NCBI GenBank assembly: GCA_028700115.1 | Contig: JAQVTI010000017.1 | Span: 1 to 11,966, forward strand | From: Candidatus Iainarchaeum sp. | GTDB lineage: Archaea > Iainarchaeota > Iainarchaeia > Iainarchaeales > CSSED10-239 | Direction of reading: 5' to 3' | Length of the DNA stretch: 11,966 nt | Part shown: positions 6,042 to 11,966 of the stretch, piece after piece | How positions within the stretch are numbered: position 1 is the first letter of the stretch | Layout of the letters: every line of letters begins with the position of its first letter | The notes under the pieces: model-generated | What the model was told of the DNA's origin: nothing | Database searches by the model: none | The model's input: the letters and a program-made list of their open reading frames with translations, nothing else | Program-made: the position numbers and the translations under genes

Positions 6042-7508
6042 TTACTCTTTTGCATCTCTCCAATATTCTGGAATTATAAAGTCGCGAGACTTTATTTCTT
6101 TTAATTTTTTTATTTCTTTATTTTTATTCAAAATTATTATTTCTTCATCAAAAATTGTTTTTAATTTATTTGGAACTAATTTGGATCTTTTATCATAATA
6201 TCCATCATTAACTTGTTTTATCTTCTTTAGATTATAGCCCATAATCTTTGCAATTGTTGCATCTATCAATATAGGATTCTCACCGATAATTGTAACCCCA
6301 CAAAATTTATCTTTTGGTCTTAATGGGCCATTGTCTTCTCCACAGATTAACCCATCAACAATTGTAAATACTTCTCGTTTTTGTTTTTTCTCAAATTTTT
6401 TTGTTTTTGTATTATAAAAATATAAAATATTATTCAAATCCAAGATTGTTCTCCAAATGGTGTCGTTACCAGACCAACCCCCGTCCAATATTTTATCCTT
6501 AGAGGTGATTTTCCCTAGAACAAACAAAGAACTTAACATAAAAACTATGCTTTTTCTTTTAATTTTTGATAACTTATCATAATTTCTATAGAAGTAATCT
6601 GCAAGAAAACTATATCTTTTTTTAAAAAAATTATTGTTTATGTATTGATCTCCATTTTCCTTTGCTGAACCGAACCTATGATGTGGCAAATATTCTTTGT
6701 GACCATTCATGCCTATGAAATTCTTTAAGGCGCCTGTTAAACCGGCCTTTATGTGTGTTTTTAATTTTGGAACATTAAAAACAATATCTGCATCAAGAAT
6801 TGTTTTACTTACTAAATATTCATGTGTACCTTTCTGATGATGCTTGTGCATTAGATCTGGATTGTAGTTTGTAACTCTAAAACTATCTTCTAGTTTTGTG
6901 ATATCTTCTAAGAAACTATTCTCTTTTATGTTAATTAAATAATAACCGGCTTTATCCCCTTCATTCTTCTTTTGAGAAATATCAAAATCTTTCTTTTCAA
7001 ATATCGTTTTTCTTAAGTCTAATAATTCAAATTTGATTTTTGGATAATTCTTTTTATATAAATCCAATAACTTATCTATTTTTTGTTGTTTTACTAACTT
7101 TTCAAAATTACAACTCTGCAAAGGTGCATCACAAACAATTATTTTGCCTTTCCCTTTTAATGCTATTATTGAATAATCAATTATGAATTTAATGTATGCA
7201 GTATTAGTGATTAAGGAATCTATTGTTCCTTCCCTATTAATATCTAAAACATAGTTTGGCTTTATTACCACTGTATTTCCAGACTTTATATAGTTCTTAA
7301 AAGGATTCCACTTATTTTTATTAAAATTATTTCTATCAAGACCATATTCAAACAACCCTTTTCTTAAGGAATCATAGAAATTATCATTTTGAATCCTAGG
7401 TTTGCTCTTAAACTCCGGATAATCTAATCCGACAAATAAGAACTTTGGATATTTTTTTAAGTTTTCAATCAAAACTATATTTTTATTACTTAACATATCT
7501 TCCCTCAT
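6042..7508 (-). CDS. DUF362 domain-containing protein (function unknown)
   Basis: GNTVVIKPNYV, KIIVCDAP, VPKLKTHIKAGLTGALKNFIGM and FTIVDGLICGEDNGPL...IIGENPILIDATIAKIMGY match the DUF362 pattern (IKPN ... PKLKTH..G.T.ALKN..G ... vDg..gmEGnGP ... D.v.a.lmG). I prefer the start at ATG 7508 (MREDMLS...), which overlaps the upstream TGA by 1 nt (TGATG), over the longer ORF starting at 7577. Confidence 0.75.
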   Translation of the reverse strand: MREDMLSNKNIVLIENLKKYPKFLFVGLDYPEFKSKPRIQNDNFYDSLRKGLFEYGLDRNNFNKNKWNPFKNYIKSGNTVVIKPNYVLDINREGTIDSLITNTAYIKFIIDYSIIALKGKGKIIVCDAPLQSCNFEKLVKQQKIDKLLDLYKKNYPKIKFELLDLRKTIFEKKDFDISQKKNEGDKAGYYLINIKENSFLEDITKLEDSFRVTNYNPDLMHKHHQKGTHEYLVSKTILDADIVFNVPKLKTHIKAGLTGALKNFIGMNGHKEYLPHHRFGSAKENGDQYINNNFFKKRYSFLADYFYRNYDKLSKIKRKSIVFMLSSLFVLGKITSKDKILDGGWSGNDTIWRTILDLNNILYFYNTKTKKFEKKQKREVFTIVDGLICGEDNGPLRPKDKFCGVTIIGENPILIDATIAKIMGYNLKKIKQVNDGYYDKRSKLVPNKLKTIFDEEIIILNKNKEIKKLKEIKSRDFIIPEYWRDAKE

Positions 7509-8779
7509 CAAATATTTGAAATTGTGTACCTGTGTTTTCCTTGTTTTGTTTTTTGTATTGAAGTTACAAATTTCCAATCTATAATTGTGTCTTTACCCAC
7601 AACTAATTTTATTTTAGAATCAATATCTTCTTTATCTTTTGTATTTGGTTCTTTGCCATCAATTAATACAATATATATTGTAATCTTTTTAAAAGACTCC
7701 TGAACAACTTGAAATAAATCAACCCAATCCCTAAAATAAAATAAATGAGTAAAATACTCCCCATGCACAATCTTCCCTGTGCTTGTCTTAAAATGATCTG
7801 TTGTCCTGCCAGTTATTTTTTTTAAAGTCGGTAAATTATATTCTTTATTTAAATCCCCTTTGATTGCTGTATCTCCAATCTCATATCTTATTAATGGAAA
7901 ATAATAATTATGTAAATTAGTTATTACTAATCTGCCCTCTTCACCTGGTAAAACCTCATTATTATTTTCATCTAAAACTTCTATGAAATTATCAAAAGAG
8001 AAAATTAAATATTCATTTTTATGTAATTCTGCAGCCATTGCACTAACTTCTCTTGAACCATAGAAATCATATACCGGACATTTAAATGCACTTTCAATTT
8101 CTGCTCTCATAAAGTCCTTTAATTCCTCTGCTGAAGAATATATAAATTTAGGAGAATAAATCGAAATATTTTCTTTATTTATGACTTTTGCTACTTCATA
8201 CAAAGATCCGGCATAGCCTTTTAAGAAAACTGGCTTTTCTTTATTGATAACTTCTATGTATTCTTTAATTTTATTGTAGTCCATGAGAAAAGAATTCAAA
8301 AAAGTTTGATTATTTAAAAAATTAGATAATTTTCCCTTTAAATTCATTTGTTTGAAAATATCTTTTTCGGATCCCCAAAGAATTACTTTTTTACAAAATG
8401 TATTTACTTGTCTTACATCTTGTAAATAATACATCATTGTAGCATAACTCCAATCTATATAATTTCTATCTTGATATATTAAAATGGGTTCGCCTGTTGA
8501 TCCCCCAGAAGTATTTGTAACTATGCCTTTCTTAGATCTATTAATATAAAGAGGCAAATAATCTTTTCTTATTATTTCTTTTGTTAAGATTGGATAATCA
8601 GTTAATCTTTGATAACTACTGTTTTTATAAAACGGATTTTGTTGTGCTTGAATTAATAATAATTGAAGATACTTATCTGTGAGTGATTTATTGTCTTTTG
8701 TGAGTTTTGTTTCATTATAATTCTTGAAGAATCTTTTACCAGTTATCCCCGCCGCAAATTTTAATAATTGTGTTCTCAA
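7508..8779 (-). CDS. PaaK / coenzyme F390 synthetase-like adenylate-forming enzyme (COG1541; often annotated CapK)
   Basis: The motifs seen are FYKN...LTDYPILTKEIIRKDY, TNTSGGSTGEPILIY (AMP-binding P-loop type T-S-G-S-T-G-x-P), YGSREV, GRLVITNLHNYYFPLIRYEIGDTA and GRTTDHFKTSTGKIV. The start is TTG at 8779, preceded by AAGTGGATTAT. No in-frame ATG occurs upstream of the conserved N-terminal motifs. Confidence 0.8.
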   Translation of the reverse strand: MRTQLLKFAAGITGKRFFKNYNETKLTKDNKSLTDKYLQLLLIQAQQNPFYKNSSYQRLTDYPILTKEIIRKDYLPLYINRSKKGIVTNTSGGSTGEPILIYQDRNYIDWSYATMMYYLQDVRQVNTFCKKVILWGSEKDIFKQMNLKGKLSNFLNNQTFLNSFLMDYNKIKEYIEVINKEKPVFLKGYAGSLYEVAKVINKENISIYSPKFIYSSAEELKDFMRAEIESAFKCPVYDFYGSREVSAMAAELHKNEYLIFSFDNFIEVLDENNNEVLPGEEGRLVITNLHNYYFPLIRYEIGDTAIKGDLNKEYNLPTLKKITGRTTDHFKTSTGKIVHGEYFTHLFYFRDWVDLFQVVQESFKKITIYIVLIDGKEPNTKDKEDIDSKIKLVVGKDTIIDWKFVTSIQKTKQGKHRYTISNI

Positions 8780-8790
8780 AATAATCCACT

Positions 8791-9753
8791 TTATAATTTA
8801 TTTGTTAATTTTTTATTTTTCTTAAACCAACTTACAAAATTCTTTATACCTTGCTCAATGTTTACTTTTGGATTATATCCTAATAGATTTCTTGCCTTTT
8901 CTATATTACCCCTTGTTTCTTGGACGTCTCCTTTTTGCATAGGCATATAATTTTTTGTGGCTTTTATTCCTAATTCATTTTCAATCAAAGAAATTACATA
9001 TTCTAATTCAACAGTATTATTTGCACTTAAATTAAATATCTCATAATCACAATCATAATTGGTTGCAGAAATAATGCCTTCAACTATATCTGAAACATAA
9101 GTAAAATCCCTCCTCATATCCCCGTGATTATAAACATCTATTGGCTTATTGTTTAAGATGTTTTTTGTAAATAACCAAAGAGACATATCTGGGCGCCCAT
9201 ATTCTCCATAAACTGTAAAAAATCTTAATCCTATTGATTTAATGCCTTGTAATTTATAATAAACATAAGCAGTTTGCTCATTGTGAAGTTTAGTTGCAGC
9301 ATACATCGAAACGGGAGTTCCTAAATTTGCAGTTTCTACCCATTCCTCGTTTACACCTCCATAAACCGAAGAAGAAGAGGCATATACAATTTTAGAAATC
9401 TTCTTTTCTTTTGCATATTCAAATATGTTTAAAGTACCTATAGAATTTGAATTTTCATAAATCCAGGGATTTCCTATAGAATATCTTACACCGGCTTGAG
9501 CTGCTAAATGGATAATTAAATCTATTTCTTTTCCGGCTAGTTTATTTGTTAAATCTTTATATTTGGATACATCTAATTTAATAAATTCAAAATTTTTATT
9601 TTTCTTTAAGATACTTAACCTTTTTTTCTTAATTATCGGATTATAATAATCATTTAAATTGTCAATACCGACAATCGAATTTCCACCCTCTAATAACCTT
9701 TTACAAGTATTATATCCAATAAAACCAGCACAACCAGTAACTAAATATATCAT
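8791..9753 (-). CDS. NAD-dependent SDR epimerase, UDP-glucuronate 4-epimerase-like (UDP-GlcA to UDP-GalA)
   Basis: The motifs are VTGCAGFIGYN (GxxGxxG), IDNLNDYYNPIIKKKRL, HLAAQAGVRYS, YASSSSVYG, YAATKLHNE (YxxxK) and RFFTVYGEYGRPDMSLWLFTKNILNNKPIDVYNHGDMRRDFTYVSDIVEG. This is the motif series I recognise from Cap1J/LpsL-type UDP-glucuronate 4-epimerases. A strong Shine-Dalgarno, AAGGGG, lies 5 nt upstream of the ATG. Confidence 0.85.
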   Translation of the reverse strand: MIYLVTGCAGFIGYNTCKRLLEGGNSIVGIDNLNDYYNPIIKKKRLSILKKNKNFEFIKLDVSKYKDLTNKLAGKEIDLIIHLAAQAGVRYSIGNPWIYENSNSIGTLNIFEYAKEKKISKIVYASSSSVYGGVNEEWVETANLGTPVSMYAATKLHNEQTAYVYYKLQGIKSIGLRFFTVYGEYGRPDMSLWLFTKNILNNKPIDVYNHGDMRRDFTYVSDIVEGIISATNYDCDYEIFNLSANNTVELEYVISLIENELGIKATKNYMPMQKGDVQETRGNIEKARNLLGYNPKVNIEQGIKNFVSWFKKNKKLTNKL

Positions 9754-9810
9754 ATAATCCCCTTAAATATATATTAGTAAACAACAATTTAAATAGTGAT
9801 TTGTTAGTTG
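9754..9810 (-). promoter_or_regulatory. Intergenic spacer with a ribosome-binding site (AAGGGG, 9759..9764) and a possible internal promoter for the epimerase and downstream genes
   Basis: The minus-strand sequence is ...TTTAAATTGTTGTTTACTAATATATATTTAAGGGGATTATATG. It has a clear SD 5 nt from the ATG, with AT-rich TTG.../TATAT elements upstream. This is the only gap over 15 nt inside the operon. Confidence 0.4.
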
Positions 9811-10887
9811 TTATTCTAGAATATTTTTATAATTTTCAATCATATTTTCATAATTAAAATTCTTTAATGAATAATTATAGGCATTATTTACTAATGTGCT
9901 TTGTAATCTTTTATTATCTAAAAAAGATTGTATGTTTCTTGCAATTTCGGTGGAATTTGTTAATTGTACAGAATAGATTATATCTCTACTGAATAACCCA
10001 ATATCAGACATTATTATTGGCTTTTTTAGAGCCATAGCTTCAAGAACTACATTTGGTAGGCCCTCTGTTTTTGATAATAACAACAAACAATCGTTATCTA
10101 ATAGAGCGCCTCTAACATTAGAAGTAAAACCTTGATATTTAATATTCTTTATTTTATTCTTAGAAATATATGTCTTTATTTTATTCTTTAGTGGGCCATC
10201 TCCATAGATATTTAATTCTAAATTACTATTTAATTTAGAAAAAGAATCCATCATTAGAAAAATGTTCTTTATTTTATCTAGTCTACCAATATATGCAAAT
10301 TTCTTTATTGGAATGCACTTATAATTTGCATTTGCGGGTTTATAATCAATACCAAAACCAACTATTTTGTAATTTATTTTTTTAATAGAATATAGTTTCT
10401 TTATTCTACTTGATTCAAATTCAGTTTTTAATAAGAATTTATCCACTAAAAGAGAATAAGTTAATTTTTCTAAAGGATATAATAATTTTGTTTTAGATAA
10501 ATATGCTGGTGTATCCCATCTACAATATAATTTGAACTTTTTAAATTTAAAAATTTTTAAAATGCCAGCAAAGAAAGTTGCCATTATGCCAGAAGTTAAA
10601 ATTTTATCATAATCGCACCTACGGAATAATAAATAAAAAAAGGCATAAAAATTATAAAAAAAACCTTTAGCAAAAAAAGGAGTTTTTATTCTAATTATTT
10701 CTATACCTTCTTGCTTTTCAATACTTTGTTGCCCTTTAAATTTTCTTGTAATTATTTTTATTTTTATCTTGTTTTTTAATCCCGCAATAATTCGTTGAAA
10801 TGAAGTTTCAATGCCTCCAGCTAAATTATCTGAATGCTTATAACCTACAGGATATTCTTTAGCCCCCCAAAATAAAATTGTATTCAT
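9811..10887 (-). CDS. Family 4 glycosyltransferase
   Basis: The motifs are GGIETSF near the N-terminus and TEGLPNVVLEAMALKKPIIMSDIG (E-x7-E) in the C-terminal half. The ATG overlaps the upstream TGA as ATGA. Confidence 0.8.
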   Translation of the reverse strand: MNTILFWGAKEYPVGYKHSDNLAGGIETSFQRIIAGLKNKIKIKIITRKFKGQQSIEKQEGIEIIRIKTPFFAKGFFYNFYAFFYLLFRRCDYDKILTSGIMATFFAGILKIFKFKKFKLYCRWDTPAYLSKTKLLYPLEKLTYSLLVDKFLLKTEFESSRIKKLYSIKKINYKIVGFGIDYKPANANYKCIPIKKFAYIGRLDKIKNIFLMMDSFSKLNSNLELNIYGDGPLKNKIKTYISKNKIKNIKYQGFTSNVRGALLDNDCLLLLSKTEGLPNVVLEAMALKKPIIMSDIGLFSRDIIYSVQLTNSTEIARNIQSFLDNKRLQSTLVNNAYNYSLKNFNYENMIENYKNILE

Positions 10888-11915
10888 AATTCATCTAATA
10901 TTTTTATTAATTGTTTCGAGATATTTTTCAATTCGTGTTCTTTTTTAATATAATTATAACCGTTATTTCCCATTTCTTTAATTTTCTTTTTTGAATTATA
11001 TAATTTATCTACATATTTTTGAAAATCTTTTAAATCTCCATTTGCACAAAAACCCCCTCTACTTTTTTCTAAAAAATTATCAGGATTAACTATATAACTT
11101 ACTATTGGTTTATTGTTCGCAAATGCTTGTAAAAATACATTTGGAAACCCCTCTATTTTGGATGTGCTTATTATAAATTTTGATATTTTATAGTGCTCAT
11201 ACATTTCTTTTTGATTTATTTTACCTAATTGATTTACATTTTCAAAATTAAAAGACAAATCTTTTTTATTAATTCCAATTATCTTAAATTTTTTGTCTGG
11301 ATTTTCAATAATTATTTTCTGCAATATGTCTGTTCCTTTTGTATTGTCATTTCGTCCAACCCACAAAATTTCTTTTCCAATAATAGAATCATTTGGATTA
11401 ATTATTACTGGGTTTTTTAACAAATATATTTTCTTGTTCTTATATCTTTCTTTTAAAATATTGTACTGAAATTCTGTTTGTGCAATAAAAACATCAACTT
11501 CCGAAAAGGTTAACTTTGGAATCCATTTATAATAAGAAGGCACATTTTCAAGCCCCACTCCTACATCTGCATCACAAGTTAAAAAGTATACAATTTTCTT
11601 ATTATTTAATTTGGCTAAAAATATAAATAATGGAGTTAATCTATTAATTGCAAAGATGCAAACATGGTCTTGCTTTTTAATTAATCTAAGAAATTCCCCT
11701 GCAATCTTTAGAATATTATTTGAACAAAAAATCACATTCATTTTATTAATTCTTCGTTTTCTACAATTCCCATTTACAAAAAAAGAAACTTTATATCTAG
11801 AATATCTACTTATTTCATTAAATAAAAGATAAGCACGATTTTCTGATCCTCCTGATGATTTATCAATAAAAAGCTTTCCAGACAACCATGAACAAACCAA
11901 AATCTTTTTATTCAT
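10884..11915 (-). CDS. Family 4 glycosyltransferase; paralogue of 3885..4913
   Basis: The motifs are KKILVCSWLSGKLF...SGGSENRA at the N-terminus, IEGFPNVFLQAFANNKPIVSY, and NPDNFLEKSRGGFCANGDL, which is shared with ORF 3885..4913. Confidence 0.85.
   Translation of the reverse strand: MNKKILVCSWLSGKLFIDKSSGGSENRAYLLFNEISRYSRYKVSFFVNGNCRKRRINKMNVIFCSNNILKIAGEFLRLIKKQDHVCIFAINRLTPLFIFLAKLNNKKIVYFLTCDADVGVGLENVPSYYKWIPKLTFSEVDVFIAQTEFQYNILKERYKNKKIYLLKNPVIINPNDSIIGKEILWVGRNDNTKGTDILQKIIIENPDKKFKIIGINKKDLSFNFENVNQLGKINQKEMYEHYKISKFIISTSKIEGFPNVFLQAFANNKPIVSYIVNPDNFLEKSRGGFCANGDLKDFQKYVDKLYNSKKKIKEMGNNGYNYIKKEHELKNISKQLIKILDEL
11031..11087. repeat. Paralogous nucleotide patch, copy 2 (partner 4050..4106)
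   Basis: The evidence is the same as for copy 1: a hand alignment with 50 of 57 positions identical. Confidence 0.6.
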
Positions 11916-11965
11916 TTTTTATCATTTCCTTTATTTGTTTTATTGTTATTGCTTTTGTTATAAAT
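11912..11965 (-). CDS. Possible 3' end of an upstream minus-strand CDS running off the right edge
   Basis: The frame is open from the window edge (…IYNKSNNNKTNKGNDKK*). Its TGA overlaps the ATG of the next gene as ATGA, the same junction style used elsewhere in this operon. It spans only 17 codons and is low complexity, so the support is weak. Confidence 0.25.
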   Translation of the reverse strand: MYNKSNNNKTNKGNDKK

Positions 11966-11966
11966 A

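Noticed and set aside
6037-6063. 9-codon N-terminal extension (MERCKRVKI) of the chimeric ORF
   Set aside because: It overlaps the DUF362 gene's 3' end. The M at 6036 gives MKKILVIL…, which matches the N-termini of the two GT4 paralogues (MNKKILV…, …QKILIV…).
7509-7577. 23-codon N-terminal extension of the DUF362 ORF (start at 7577)
   Set aside because: It would overlap the upstream gene by 70 nt. The ATG at 7508 gives the TGATG coupling typical of this operon and keeps all the conserved DUF362 sequence.
8768-8950. 60-aa plus-strand ORF
   Set aside because: It lies entirely antisense to the 3' end of the epimerase gene and the start of the adenylating-enzyme gene. Its translation is low-complexity and hydrophobic (F/L-rich), typical of a shadow frame in AT-rich DNA. 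It has no RBS.
11229-11420. 63-aa plus-strand ORF
   Set aside because: It is antisense to the well-supported GT4 gene 10884..11915. Its I/F/N-rich sequence has no motifs, so it is a shadow ORF.
11611-11832. 73-aa plus-strand ORF
   Set aside because: It is antisense to the same GT4 gene, with no motif or RBS support, so it is a shadow ORF.
1-11966. Search for a defence system, toxin-antitoxin pair, CRISPR array, tRNA or rRNA, or a mobile element (IS, integrase, inverted terminal repeats)
   Set aside because: No nuclease, ATPase, reverse-transcriptase, transposase or integrase motifs appear in any ORF. There are no regularly spaced repeats and no tRNA-like GC-rich stems. Every sizeable ORF has a glycan-biosynthesis-type assignment or a DUF commonly found in such loci.

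Overview
The window is very AT-rich (about a quarter G+C by eye, not computed) and almost entirely coding. It reads as part of a surface-glycan (O-antigen, capsule or glycoprotein-glycan type) biosynthesis and modification locus. I found no rRNA, tRNA, CRISPR array, transposase, integrase or recognisable defence or toxin genes.

There are two blocks.

(1) The left block (1..3157) has mixed orientation. It holds an FkbM-family methyltransferase whose frame is open to the left edge, a class I SAM methyltransferase with a CxxC...HxxxH insert, a FemAB/GNAT-like transferase, and a second class I methyltransferase.

(2) The right block (3133..11966) is one tightly packed minus-strand operon, listed here in transcription order:
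- GT4 glycosyltransferase
- GT4 glycosyltransferase
- UDP-glucuronate 4-epimerase-like SDR
- PaaK/CapK-type adenylate-forming enzyme
- DUF362 protein
- a chimeric ORF (GT4 N-terminal half fused to the C-terminal half of an AsnB-type asparagine synthase)
- GT4 glycosyltransferase
- DUF2334 deacetylase-like protein

Genes in this operon are joined by ATGA and TGATG start/stop overlaps. The frame is also open at the right edge, so the operon probably continues upstream.

The most unusual items are:
- the in-frame GT4::AsnB-C chimera, which lacks both the glutaminase domain and the PP-loop
- the translationally coupled adenylating-enzyme/DUF362 pair next to the uronate epimerase, a candidate uronic-acid carboxyl-modification module
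- three copies of one GT4 subfamily within a single operon

All functional calls rest on motifs read by eye from the translations. No database search was possible.
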